Origin: a virus
IMG/VR virus record: IMGVR_UViG_3300027754_000042
Direction: 5' to 3' (one strand)
Length of the DNA: 64,000 nt
Both the position numbers and the translations under genes were made by a program. Positions 18,429 to 27,129 of the stretch are shown in pieces; position 1 is the first letter of the stretch, and every line of letters begins with the position of its first letter. Under the pieces are notes generated by a model. It was not told the DNA's origin. It did not search any database and was given only the letters and a program-made list of their open reading frames with translations.

Positions 18429-19295
18429 GTGGTAATGATTCTCGTTGACTTCAGCCAAGTTATGATCTCCAATCTAATGGTGCAGCTGGCTAATAACCAG
18501 CAACAGCTTGACGAGTCCATGGTCCGCCATATGGTTCTTTCAAGCTTGCGTATGTACAAGCAAAAGTTTCCTGAGTATGGCGAGATTGTCGTTTGCTGCG
18601 ATGGTCCGTCATATTGGCGTCGGCAGGTATTCCCTCACTACAAGGCCAATCGGAAGAAGAACCGTGACAGTTCTGGGCATGATTGGGCTACCATCTTTGA
18701 ATCCCTCCACAGAATCCGTGACGAGATTCGCGACAACATGCCATATCCTGTGCTGATTTTTGATCGCGCAGAGGCCGACGATGTTATCGCTTCCCTGTGT
18801 CACGCATACGGCGAGACGATGAACTTGCCTACCGCTGAAAAGATCCTCATTCTTTCCAGTGACAAGGACTTTGCTCAGCTCCAGAAGTATGCAAACGTCC
18901 AGCAATACTCGCCCATCATGCGGAAGCATATTGCTATTGATAACCCTGAGCGGTTCAAGCAATACCACATTCTGCAAGGCGATAGCGGCGATGGTGTGCC
19001 AAACTTCCTGTCCGTCGATGATACCTTCGTATCTGGTGGCAGACAGAAGCCGCTGCCCAAGAAGAAGCTTGAGGAGTGGACTACGCTCCAGCCCGAAGCA
19101 TATTGCACTGGTGAAATGCTGCGGAACTATTATCGCAATAAGAAGCTGGTCGACCTTGATGAAGTACCTGAGGAATTGCAGACGCAATGCGTTGAGGCTT
19201 ATCGTGCATACGAGCGGCAGCCGCGTAGTAAGATCCTCAACTACTTCATTCAGAACCGCTTGCGTACACTAACGGAATCTATTGGAGAATTTTGA
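18429..19295 (+). CDS. rnh: T4-type RNase H (5'-3' flap exonuclease)
   Basis: MILVDFSQ, YWRR..FPHYKANR, AEADDVI, SSDKDF.QL, GDSGDGVPN. Confidence 0.95.
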   Translation: MVMILVDFSQVMISNLMVQLANNQQQLDESMVRHMVLSSLRMYKQKFPEYGEIVVCCDGPSYWRRQVFPHYKANRKKNRDSSGHDWATIFESLHRIRDEIRDNMPYPVLIFDRAEADDVIASLCHAYGETMNLPTAEKILILSSDKDFAQLQKYANVQQYSPIMRKHIAIDNPERFKQYHILQGDSGDGVPNFLSVDDTFVSGGRQKPLPKKKLEEWTTLQPEAYCTGEMLRNYYRNKKLVDLDEVPEELQTQCVEAYRAYERQPRSKILNYFIQNRLRTLTESIGEF

Positions 19296-19498
19296 TGTTT
19301 AAGAACTGGAGTATTGATAATACAATGATTACCGTTTTTGCGAGCATTCTTTTGTTCGTTTCGTTGGGTCTGTATAATGTTTATCGAGAAGATGTGCGAT
19401 ATGCAGATAATCTTGCGCGCATGTACGATCACTGTATGGCTGACGGCAATAAGGACTATGATTGCTGGAGTAAAATCTACACTAAGAAGGTGCGGTGA
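19292..19498 (+). CDS. Small membrane-anchored hypothetical protein
   Basis: One hydrophobic helix; coupled ORF. Confidence 0.6.
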   Translation: MMFKNWSIDNTMITVFASILLFVSLGLYNVYREDVRYADNLARMYDHCMADGNKDYDCWSKIYTKKVR

Positions 19499-19779
19499 TG
19501 AGTGATACAGATCGTTTAGAGCGCGATATCACAGCGATGGAAAAAGAAATCCGGCAGTTAAAAACAAAGCTGGATAATTCCATCATTGATATCCGTGCAG
19601 TCAATTTTTATGGTTGGGTCAACTCTGCGCCAGCTATAAAAGCTAGAACTTGGGAAGTGGTGCGCCATGAAATTCAATACAAGCGCCAAGGTTCATCTGA
19701 GTGGGTGCCTATTCCTACAATCAACCGAGACGATGAAAATTCATATATAAAGATTGAAATACCAACTGGAGAACTTTAA
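19495..19779 (+). CDS. Hypothetical protein
   Basis: Coupled ORF in operon. Confidence 0.6.
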   Translation: MMSDTDRLERDITAMEKEIRQLKTKLDNSIIDIRAVNFYGWVNSAPAIKARTWEVVRHEIQYKRQGSSEWVPIPTINRDDENSYIKIEIPTGEL

Positions 19780-19781
19780 GA

Positions 19782-20216
19782 ATGAAAGCATTTCAAGACT
19801 GGCCCTGCATTGATATGGCAAAGTATGCCGAATTTGTTATGGCTGTGACAAGTAAGGAAAGCCGTGTAGCTGCGGATTTTCTTGACAGAGTGCGTGAAAT
19901 ACATTATGATAAGGATACAGTCATCAATGTGCCATTGCTTCTGACTGCGATGATTGGCTTGACTAGTGAAGCTGGCGAGGCCCAAGAAATCCTCAAGAAG
20001 GTTTTGTTTCAGGGTAAGCCATACACCGAAGAAACTCGTTATCATCTAATGTGCGAACTCGGTGACGTAATTTGGTATTGGGTCAATGCGTGTAATGCGT
20101 TGCAGATTGATCCGAATAAGGTAATTGCATTGAATGTGGAGAAGCTTCAGGCTAGATATCCTGGTGGCACATTTGATGCCTTCTATTCTGAAAATCGTAA
20201 GGAAGGTGATATCTAA
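19782..20216 (+). CDS. mazG: MazG-like nucleotide pyrophosphohydrolase
   Basis: GLTSEAGE..E..KK, ELGDVIWY, NVEKL.ARYP. Confidence 0.85.
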   Translation: MKAFQDWPCIDMAKYAEFVMAVTSKESRVAADFLDRVREIHYDKDTVINVPLLLTAMIGLTSEAGEAQEILKKVLFQGKPYTEETRYHLMCELGDVIWYWVNACNALQIDPNKVIALNVEKLQARYPGGTFDAFYSENRKEGDI

Positions 20217-20509
20217 TGGTTAAGAAGTTGGTGTTGGTAGAGGCAATCTCGCTGTACCGCATGACGTATGTGATGGAGGTCAATGACGATCCACAGCATG
20301 CCTTGGATGCGCTCACACTGGGTGAAGCCACAGAAGAAATGAGCCAGGAGTGGTTAGGTGAAACTATTTTCTCCCATAAAGAGATTACTGATGAACAGTA
20401 TCTCAAAATTTTCAACGAAAGAAACGGCTACCTCGAAACATGGACCGACGATCAAAAGCGAAAGTTCATTTATCGAGTTGACTATACAGGAGGATCCGTG
20501 GATGAATAA
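20216..20509 (+). CDS. Hypothetical protein
   Basis: Coupled ORF. Confidence 0.65.
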   Translation: MVKKLVLVEAISLYRMTYVMEVNDDPQHALDALTLGEATEEMSQEWLGETIFSHKEITDEQYLKIFNERNGYLETWTDDQKRKFIYRVDYTGGSVDE

Positions 20510-20924
20510 GCGACCGCCATTGGCAGGTATTATCGCAAAGATTGAACTTCAAAAGACGAAGGCTAAACAGGTCGAGTTTTTGAGAAAGTACAGTTGCAAG
20601 GAACTCAAGATCGTACTTGGTTATGGTATGGATCCTGGTGTGAAGTGGTTGCTTCCTGAGACCGATCCTCCGTACAAGGCTCTCGAGGAGTCTACCGATC
20701 AGGAAGGGCGCTTCTATAATGAGATCAACAAGCTTGAATATTTCATTGCATCACCTGAAGGTTTGAATGTCAATCAGGTTCGTCGTGAGGTTCTTTTCAT
20801 TCAGATCCTTGAGACAATTGATCCTCGTGATGCCAAGTTGCTCCTTCGCATGAAGAACAAGCAATTGAAGGTCAAGGTTGATGCAGTCAAGGAAGCATTC
20901 CCTAATCTAACCACTAACTGGTAA
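20502..20924 (+). CDS. Conserved T4-like hypothetical protein
   Basis: WLLPE..PPY, RRE.LFIQ.LE, VKEAFP; RBS GGAGG. Confidence 0.7.
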   Translation: MNKRPPLAGIIAKIELQKTKAKQVEFLRKYSCKELKIVLGYGMDPGVKWLLPETDPPYKALEESTDQEGRFYNEINKLEYFIASPEGLNVNQVRREVLFIQILETIDPRDAKLLLRMKNKQLKVKVDAVKEAFPNLTTNW

Positions 20925-20930
20925 GGTACA

Positions 20931-21533
20931 ATGAACACAGCATTTGTTATTGGTAACGGTATGTCGCGCACTGGTTTTGATTTGCTTCGCTTGAAGCCTT
21001 TCGGTACCGTGTTTGGTTGCAATGCTCTTTATCGGCAGTATTATCCTGACTATGAGTTGCCCGATTATCTGGTGGCTATTGATGAAGGTATCATGCGCGA
21101 GATTGAAGCTTCGGACTTTCCGTCCAAGCGCGTGATCTTTCCTCCGATTGATGAGCGGTGGGAACCCGCTTCATGCAATCAGGGCCGTCCGCGTAGCAAT
21201 GCTGGCATGAACGCAATGCGCGAGGCTATCAAGTTGGACTTTGACCAGCTGATCTGCCTCGGATATGATTTCCTCATCAAGGATCCCGCTGCGTCTGTGT
21301 CCAATCTCTTTCATGGCACAGACAACTACGGACCAGAAACACGCGCAAGCGCGAACGACAATCCTGGGCGTGTTCGCTACCTTCAGTGGCTCGTCAATCA
21401 GCATCCTGAGATTGACTTCATTTTCATCTTCCCATCGGACGCTATCGTGACACCTATTGAAGGTCCTAACGTGTTTATTAACACCTACGAAAACCTCAAT
21501 CAGTTTACAACCCAACTTGTGGATGCCCAATAA
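20931..21533 (+). CDS. Hypothetical protein with GT29/Maf-like Rossmann motifs
   Basis: AFVIGNGMSR, FGCNALYR, PDYLVAID, LGYD. Confidence 0.5.
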   Translation: MNTAFVIGNGMSRTGFDLLRLKPFGTVFGCNALYRQYYPDYELPDYLVAIDEGIMREIEASDFPSKRVIFPPIDERWEPASCNQGRPRSNAGMNAMREAIKLDFDQLICLGYDFLIKDPAASVSNLFHGTDNYGPETRASANDNPGRVRYLQWLVNQHPEIDFIFIFPSDAIVTPIEGPNVFINTYENLNQFTTQLVDAQ

Positions 21534-21898
21534 TGAATATGCCTGCGGCCCTTGATCTCGCTCTTTCTATCTTCATCTGGTTTAGTTCATCAGCCTTTGG
21601 CTACTTTGCAGCACGATGGTTCTGCCGCAAGTTCCTGGATAAGGATGATGATGTCGTTTCGCTAGGTACGGTATCTGCGGACGATATCATGGACTTTTCA
21701 GATGATGATAAGCCTTTCGTTCCCGTGAAGATTGTCAAGGAGAATGGTCTCCATTATGCATGGTTTACCAATAACAACCTATTTGCAGGCCAAGCGGTGA
21801 GCGACGCCGAAATCCGCCTGACGGTTCAGGATCATCTTCTCGACCAGCTTGGGTTGAAGATAGCCTACGCCTATGAAGAGCCAGAAACTGTTGCATAA
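21533..21898 (+). CDS. Membrane-anchored hypothetical protein
   Basis: N-terminal TM helix. Confidence 0.6.
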   Translation: MNMPAALDLALSIFIWFSSSAFGYFAARWFCRKFLDKDDDVVSLGTVSADDIMDFSDDDKPFVPVKIVKENGLHYAWFTNNNLFAGQAVSDAEIRLTVQDHLLDQLGLKIAYAYEEPETVA

Positions 21899-21938
21899 TT
21901 TATTACAAAAATAATTCGTTTTTCTGAAATTATTTTTT

Positions 21939-21993
21939 CTAGTGATTTCAATGACTTAGTGGCATCCCTTTGCTAAGTTGTTGATTTTGCTAG
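21939..21993. promoter_or_regulatory. Imperfect inverted repeat containing two IHF-like boxes
   Basis: CTAGTGATTTCAATGACTTAG...CTAAGTTGTTGATTTTGCTAG; the right arm read on the minus strand gives AATCAACAACTTA (WATCAANNNNTTR). Confidence 0.5.
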
Positions 21994-22015
21994 AGTTTTT
22001 TATAGGAGGGTACCA

Positions 22016-22044
22016 TTGACAATGGGGTGGATCTCTGGTATTAT
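22016..22044 (+). promoter_or_regulatory. Early sigma70-type promoter
   Basis: TTGACA-17-TATTAT with an AT-rich upstream tract. Confidence 0.75.
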
Positions 22045-22085
22045 TAGAATATAAGATGAGTTGAGAGACAAGAGAGACCTTGAGC

Positions 22086-22187
22086 ATGACAATAGCAGAT
22101 ACCGCCCTAATCTTCTCCCCCTTCATCGCACTGGCTACGGTCATGCTGGTGGCTTTCGCCATCGTCGCCGTCCTCGACAACCGCTAA
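22086..22187 (+). CDS. 33-aa hydrophobic peptide
   Basis: MTIADTALIFSPFIALATVMLVAFAIVAVLDNR; first ORF after the early promoter. Confidence 0.55.
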   Translation: MTIADTALIFSPFIALATVMLVAFAIVAVLDNR

Positions 22188-22202
22188 CAGGAGCTTGACA
22201 AT

Positions 22203-22322
22203 ATGGAATATGCAACCTTCACCGCCGTTCTCCTCATTGTCGCGTTCGTGTCGTTTTGTGTCGGCGTTCGCATGGGTTCGGCCTACGTTGCCAAGCGCAT
22301 GATCGAGGAGTTCGGCAAGTGA
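22203..22322 (+). CDS. 39-aa hydrophobic peptide
   Basis: MEYATFTAVLLIVAFVSFCVGVRMGSAYVAKRMIEEFGK; RBS AGGAG. Confidence 0.6.
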   Translation: MEYATFTAVLLIVAFVSFCVGVRMGSAYVAKRMIEEFGK

Positions 22323-22396
22323 ACACCGACACCGTACCAGAGACCGACGATTACCAGATTCCCTACGTCTCCCTTCGCTAATACAGGAACTTGACA

Positions 22397-22600
22397 ATGA
22401 CTGCTTTCCCCCGCGCCTTCACCGTTTACGGTTCTTTCTACGGCTCGGACGAGCTACCCGACGCCATCGCGTCTTTCCCTACCTATCTCGAAGCTGAGAT
22501 TTTCATCCGTGATTATCCCGACTCCGATCCGATCGTGGAGTATGATCGGTACCTTATTGAGATGACCGTCGGTGGTCTCCGTTTCGCAGCCTACGCCTAA
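22397..22600 (+). CDS. Early hypothetical protein
   Basis: RBS AGGAA; C-rich third codon positions. Confidence 0.65.
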   Translation: MTAFPRAFTVYGSFYGSDELPDAIASFPTYLEAEIFIRDYPDSDPIVEYDRYLIEMTVGGLRFAAYA

Positions 22601-22615
22601 CACAGGAGCACAACA

Positions 22616-22834
22616 ATGCCCAAAGTGGCTATCCGACCAAGTGTGGCAGAATTCCTTGAAAAGCATCCGACCGTTGATGGCTATACCTTGCTTTGTGTTT
22701 GCGAGGAAATCAACCGTCGTACCGGTGCTGGTATTGGCGCTTACGGAATTCTGACGCAAGCCTTGCTCCTCGACAACGCCGGTGAATACCTAGTCCGCGT
22801 TTGCGAATCCTTCCAGAACCAATCTTCCAACTGA
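22616..22834 (+). CDS. Early hypothetical protein
   Basis: RBS AGGAG. Confidence 0.65.
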   Translation: MPKVAIRPSVAEFLEKHPTVDGYTLLCVCEEINRRTGAGIGAYGILTQALLLDNAGEYLVRVCESFQNQSSN

Positions 22835-22839
22835 GGTAA

Positions 22840-23283
22840 ATGAAAATGGCTACTCGTTCCGCTATCGGCTTCCAGGAATTTGACGGCACTGTGACTGGCA
22901 TTTATTGCCATTGGGATGGCTACCTTGAGGGCGTGGGTCGCACCCTTGTTGAGAACTATTCCGATCTGAACACTGTCCTTGCCCTTATCGACCACGGCGA
23001 TGTTTCATCCCTTGATCGGACCATCGGCGTTGCTCACCCGTTCTCCCGCTTCGGCACTGACCTGACTGACCAACAGTGGGAGTCGCTTTTCGGCGGCATG
23101 ACCACCTTCTATACCCGCGACCGTGGCGAGGATACGCCTGCGCGTGACTTTACGGATGCCGATGCTTTTGTGGCGCATTACAGTGATTGCGAGTTTTTCT
23201 ACCTGTTTGACGGCCACACCTGGTCGTACCGCACCCGTCGCGGCACCGACTTTGTGCCCGTGGCGGTAGAACTCCCCGCTTGA
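22840..23283 (+). CDS. Conserved phage early protein
   Basis: MATRSAIG...IYCHWDGY...G..L motif common in large phages. Confidence 0.75.
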   Translation: MKMATRSAIGFQEFDGTVTGIYCHWDGYLEGVGRTLVENYSDLNTVLALIDHGDVSSLDRTIGVAHPFSRFGTDLTDQQWESLFGGMTTFYTRDRGEDTPARDFTDADAFVAHYSDCEFFYLFDGHTWSYRTRRGTDFVPVAVELPA

Positions 23284-23308
23284 CAATCCGATCCAAACCA
23301 GCTATTAT
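23280..23308 (+). promoter_or_regulatory. Early sigma70-type promoter
   Basis: TTGACA-17-TATTAT followed by TAGAGAATAG, like the 22016 promoter. Confidence 0.75.
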
Positions 23309-23331
23309 TAGAGAATAGAAGGAGAGAACGA

Positions 23332-23610
23332 ATGGCACATTATGGCTTTCACGAAGCACTCAAGCATGGCTTTGTAGTCGCGTCCGATCCCGCGCTAGAT
23401 TGGGTCGTGGTCTGGAATGGTTCCAAGACCTTCAACGTGTATGACCTTTGCACCGACGCCAACTGGAAGACCGGCCTGAACGAGGTTGATATGTTCACGT
23501 CGGATGTGGCTGACCACGAGGATGCCAAGCAATCCGCAGCCGACTATTTTGCCCGTATCTATGCCAGCTTTGAGGAAATTGAAGCCGAAGCAACCTTGAT
23601 GGGAGTCTAA
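23332..23610 (+). CDS. Early hypothetical protein
   Basis: RBS AAGGAG. Confidence 0.7.
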   Translation: MAHYGFHEALKHGFVVASDPALDWVVVWNGSKTFNVYDLCTDANWKTGLNEVDMFTSDVADHEDAKQSAADYFARIYASFEEIEAEATLMGV

Positions 23611-23612
23611 AA

Positions 23613-23804
23613 ATGACCAAGCTTTATATTAGCCAGCGCGATGCTTGGGATGTTTCCGACTATGTGGAACAGCTTATGACCCTCAGTGAGGTCGTGGAAG
23701 TTCCTGGCGTGAATGAGCAAATCAGCCAGCTTCGGTATGAGATGCTACATAAGTTTACCAAGGAAGAACTTGAAGCCCAGGGCGTCGTCCCTCTCAACGG
23801 TTAA
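23613..23804 (+). CDS. Early hypothetical protein
   Basis: RBS GGAG. Confidence 0.65.
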   Translation: MTKLYISQRDAWDVSDYVEQLMTLSEVVEVPGVNEQISQLRYEMLHKFTKEELEAQGVVPLNG

Positions 23805-23815
23805 GGAGTCATAAC

Positions 23816-24304
23816 ATGCCGAATTGGTGCAGCAATACCATCACTGTTTCCCATGAAGATGGCGAGCAGATGGCTAAGTTTGAGAAGGCTATAGGCGAAG
23901 GCAATCTGTTTCAGACCTTCGTTCCGCTTTCGAGCGGCGAGTGGGACTACGGTACTGCCATCGAGGAGTGGGGTACCAAGTGGGACGTGAATGGTGGTGA
24001 TTTCAATTTGGATGAAATGGCTGGCGATTATAACACTGGCTTCGGTTTCTTTGATACGGCCTGGGGCCCTCCGATTGCTTTCTATGAAGCAATGAAGGAG
24101 CTTGGATTCCAGATCACTGCCACCTACCACGAGTCGGGCCTTGCTTTCATCGGGCAGTGGTCTAATGAAGATGGTGACGAGTGTTTCGAATATGATTTCG
24201 AGAACGAGGACTGGCGCGATGACATTCCAGAGGAATTAGTTGAGCAGCTGGAATTCGAATATGACTGCTGGCTTGAATCCCAAGAAGAGATTGAGGAGGA
24301 ATAA
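23816..24304 (+). CDS. Api92/DUF1281-like ferredoxin-fold protein
   Basis: MPNWCSN, WGTKWD, FDTAWGPP, YHESG..F.G. Confidence 0.75.
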   Translation: MPNWCSNTITVSHEDGEQMAKFEKAIGEGNLFQTFVPLSSGEWDYGTAIEEWGTKWDVNGGDFNLDEMAGDYNTGFGFFDTAWGPPIAFYEAMKELGFQITATYHESGLAFIGQWSNEDGDECFEYDFENEDWRDDIPEELVEQLEFEYDCWLESQEEIEEE

Positions 24305-24306
24305 TC

Positions 24307-24564
24307 ATGCCGTACAAGACCGTCGAAGTTTGGATTGATGACGAGGAAATTAAAGAGGGTATCGACGAATTTGATGACCAGGACCTCATTGACGAACTGG
24401 AACATCGTGGGTACTATGTAGAAAAGGCAATTCCTGGTGAGACCACGGACTCAATTGCAACTGCAATATGGGCCCTGTACCAAGCATATATAACCGAGAC
24501 CGATGCAGGGTTCAGACGAACCGCAGCTAAGGTATTCTGGGAACATTTAGGAAAGACGGCCTAA
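24307..24564 (+). CDS. Hypothetical protein
   Basis: RBS GGAGG; DLIDELE.RG motif. Confidence 0.65.
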   Translation: MPYKTVEVWIDDEEIKEGIDEFDDQDLIDELEHRGYYVEKAIPGETTDSIATAIWALYQAYITETDAGFRRTAAKVFWEHLGKTA

Positions 24565-24800
24565 TGAACGAACTTATGCACGCCGAAATCAAGATTAGCT
24601 TTATGAACTGGATCCAATCCGAAATCTTTCGGATCAAGGAAGACAATCCAGAAATTCGTGTGGGTCGGATCGCTCAGGATGTGACCGACACCGCGTTTGC
24701 GGTTTTGCTCGGCGTGTGGGAAACCTCTCACGGTGCAAAGCAGATGGCCGAAGAGTTCTATCAAGTGGCTGATGCAATGGTGGCTAAGGCTAACCGCTAA
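24564..24800 (+). CDS. Hypothetical protein
   Basis: Coupled ORF. Confidence 0.6.
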   Translation: MNELMHAEIKISFMNWIQSEIFRIKEDNPEIRVGRIAQDVTDTAFAVLLGVWETSHGAKQMAEEFYQVADAMVAKANR

Positions 24801-24811
24801 AGGATGATGAT

Positions 24812-25405
24812 ATGTTGATTGGTCTCTGTGGTCTCATTGGTTCTGGTAAGGGTACCGTCGCTGAATATCTCATGGAAGAGCATTACTTCCTTGGTGCTTC
24901 CTTCGCTGAAAAGCTGAAGGATGCCTGCGCTTGTATCTTCGGATGGGATCGTGATATGCTTGAAGGTGATACGCCTGAGAGCCGCCGCTTGCGTGAAATC
25001 GTTGATCCCTGGTGGGCCGATCGGCTTGGCATTCCTCATTTCAGCCCTCGGTTTGCGCTCCAGCATGTTGGTACTGAGGTCATGCGTGGTACATTGCATC
25101 CTGATATCTGGGTGTTGGCTACCGAGCGAATGCTGAGCTACCACCTGTCACTGGACTTTTCAGAGAACATTGTTATTGCCGATGTCCGCTTCCCCAATGA
25201 GATAGCTATGATCCGTCGGCTTGGCGGGCAAGTCTGGCATATTCAGCGTGGCAAATTGCCCGACTGGTTTGGCAAGAAGCATTTCGCCACGGGCATCCAT
25301 GAGTCCGAATATGCATGGAATAATGAGACCTTTGACCTGACGATCCATAACAATGAGACGATGGGTAGCCTATACAAAAAGGTTGACACCATCGTCCAGA
25401 AGTGA
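24812..25405 (+). CDS. Deoxynucleoside monophosphate kinase (T4 gp1-like)
   Basis: GLIGSGKGT P-loop, SFAEKLKD, SPRFALQ..GTEV.R, DVRFPNE, HESE. Confidence 0.9.
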   Translation: MLIGLCGLIGSGKGTVAEYLMEEHYFLGASFAEKLKDACACIFGWDRDMLEGDTPESRRLREIVDPWWADRLGIPHFSPRFALQHVGTEVMRGTLHPDIWVLATERMLSYHLSLDFSENIVIADVRFPNEIAMIRRLGGQVWHIQRGKLPDWFGKKHFATGIHESEYAWNNETFDLTIHNNETMGSLYKKVDTIVQK

Positions 25406-25411
25406 TATGAT
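25383..25411 (+). promoter_or_regulatory. Sigma70-type promoter
   Basis: TTGACA-17-TATGAT. Confidence 0.7.
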
Positions 25412-25434
25412 GTTTCCACAATAGGAGATTAGGC

Positions 25435-25812
25435 ATGAAAGTTGGTGATGTGGTAACTGTCCAAGTTCGCGATCCTCGCAATTCGGCTGCGTATTGTGCT
25501 GGCGTAATCCGCGAGTGGAACGAATACACTGGCACCATCGTGCCCAATCTCAAGGGCTTTGGCCCTGATGTTTTCTGCCTGTCTACGGGTGATGCCAAGT
25601 TTCCCGTGCGCGTGATAGAGAAGGCTAGGACCACATTCTATCGTGCTGAGTTTGAAGGTGCTACCGTCACGCCCACATCCAAGACCTTCATCGTCAAGGG
25701 TTCAAAGCCCGGCTCGTCATACACTGTGACATGTGATGGTTCACACTGGAGCTGCACCTGTGTTGGTTTTGGTTTCCGTAAAGACTGCAAGCATATAAGG
25801 GAATGCAAATGA
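25435..25812 (+). CDS. SWIM zinc-finger protein
   Basis: YTV....WSCTCVGF.FR..CKH. Confidence 0.75.
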   Translation: MKVGDVVTVQVRDPRNSAAYCAGVIREWNEYTGTIVPNLKGFGPDVFCLSTGDAKFPVRVIEKARTTFYRAEFEGATVTPTSKTFIVKGSKPGSSYTVTCDGSHWSCTCVGFGFRKDCKHIRECK

Positions 25813-25917
25813 TGGCCATTCTTGGTATCCTCGTTGGCGTGCTACTATGTTCCATGGCAGTTGCAGCCATCATCTGGATGTGGCTACTGATCTTCAGCAT
25901 GTTTAGGAAGGAAAAAG

Positions 25918-26118
25918 ATGATGAATGATAAGTTGATAGCGGAGCTTGCTTGTAAAGCAAATATGACTATTTTTCCAAGTGGATTGAAAGAATTTGCTCA
26001 GTTGATTATCAATGAATGTGTTGGAATTTGTATGATAGAATATGATACAGGATTAGAAATGGCACCACAGGCTCCTTGGATTGCTAAACAGATTAAAGAT
26101 CACTTTGGAGTTGACTAA
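25918..26118 (+). CDS. Hypothetical protein
   Basis: FAQLIINEC...IKDHFGVD; paralog of the next ORF. Confidence 0.65.
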   Translation: MMNDKLIAELACKANMTIFPSGLKEFAQLIINECVGICMIEYDTGLEMAPQAPWIAKQIKDHFGVD

Positions 26119-26423
26119 TGCCATTCGGCGGATATAATAAACTAGACGATGGTGAGTATGAAGATTTTTCCCCGTGGGGTCCAAGGAGAGAACCGTTGAT
26201 TACCGAAGAGCGTTTACACGAGATCATTACTCAAGCTGGCTTTCGCGTTGATGGAGATGAGATACTTTCTCGCTGGCGCGAAGGTGTGGATATTTCCGAT
26301 GATGTTATGAAGCTTATCAAGTTGGTCGCTGAGGAGTGTATCAGACTTGGCGAAGAATCGCAATATAAGTGCAGGACATTTCCTGTGTCGGTAGCAATCA
26401 AAGATCATTTTGGATTAGACTGA
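26118..26423 (+). CDS. Hypothetical protein
   Basis: LVAEEC...IKDHFGLD. Confidence 0.65.
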   Translation: MPFGGYNKLDDGEYEDFSPWGPRREPLITEERLHEIITQAGFRVDGDEILSRWREGVDISDDVMKLIKLVAEECIRLGEESQYKCRTFPVSVAIKDHFGLD

Positions 26424-26641
26424 TGTTAGTTGTTGTCAAAGTTCCTTGTGACTTTCAAGATGTTGGAGAAAGTCTAGCCAAAATCATAGTTGATGTTGGT
26501 TTTGCTAAATCAAAAACAGAAGCGAGAAATCATATCAAGGGCGGCGGCATAAGGCTCGATGGAACAAGAGTGAATGATCCTTATGCCAGACTAGCTAAAG
26601 ATGGACCGAAATGGTTTTTAGTGGAGCATGATGATGCCTAG
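26423..26641 (+). CDS. Stand-alone S4 RNA-binding domain (TyrRS C-terminal-like)
   Basis: LAKIIVDVGFAKSKTEARNHIKGGGIRLDG..V.DP. Confidence 0.65.
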   Translation: MLVVVKVPCDFQDVGESLAKIIVDVGFAKSKTEARNHIKGGGIRLDGTRVNDPYARLAKDGPKWFLVEHDDA

Positions 26642-26918
26642 ATATTCGTTAGTGCGTGACAAAGATGGTGCTGGTGACTCCGGGCCTATGTGTGAAATCC
26701 TTGATGCTGAGAGCGGCACGGCTGTAAAGAATGCCGACTACCCTATGGTTGGTTATGGTGTTCGCGTCGGCTCTCCGTATGGTCGTACATATGCAGCGCA
26801 AGACTATTGGCAGACCACACCGATTACCGAGATCACTGAGGAGTCGGTCAATGATGAAGGTTTCTGGACCGTAAAGTTCAAGACCAAAAACTCAAGCTAC
26901 ATATGGAAGGAGTTTTGA
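26628..26918 (+). CDS. Hypothetical protein
   Basis: RVGS...R...QDYWQTT, FKTKNS.Y. Confidence 0.7.
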   Translation: MMMPRYSLVRDKDGAGDSGPMCEILDAESGTAVKNADYPMVGYGVRVGSPYGRTYAAQDYWQTTPITEITEESVNDEGFWTVKFKTKNSSYIWKEF

Positions 26919-26919
26919 T

Positions 26920-27129
26920 ATGACAGTCCGCATTGAATATATGTTGGTGGATCTTGCTGGTTCTGTTGTTGTAAATTGGGCAACATGTGAAGGTTCTGTT
27001 CAGAATGATCCTCAGACATATGTGCCTCGTGGATATGCCGCTAAATCGAGGTTCTCGCGACCAAACAGAGCCGCTCGCATCCGTATAGTTGATGAACAGA
27101 CAAGTAGAATAGTGGATATCATACAATGA
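26920..27129 (+). CDS. Hypothetical protein
   Basis: RBS AGGAG. Confidence 0.6.
   Translation: MTVRIEYMLVDLAGSVVVNWATCEGSVQNDPQTYVPRGYAAKSRFSRPNRAARIRIVDEQTSRIVDIIQ

Noticed and set aside
21956-22397. Minus-strand ORFs 21956..22180 and 22107..22397
   Set aside because: Shadows of the plus-strand promoter and the two small hydrophobic ORFs
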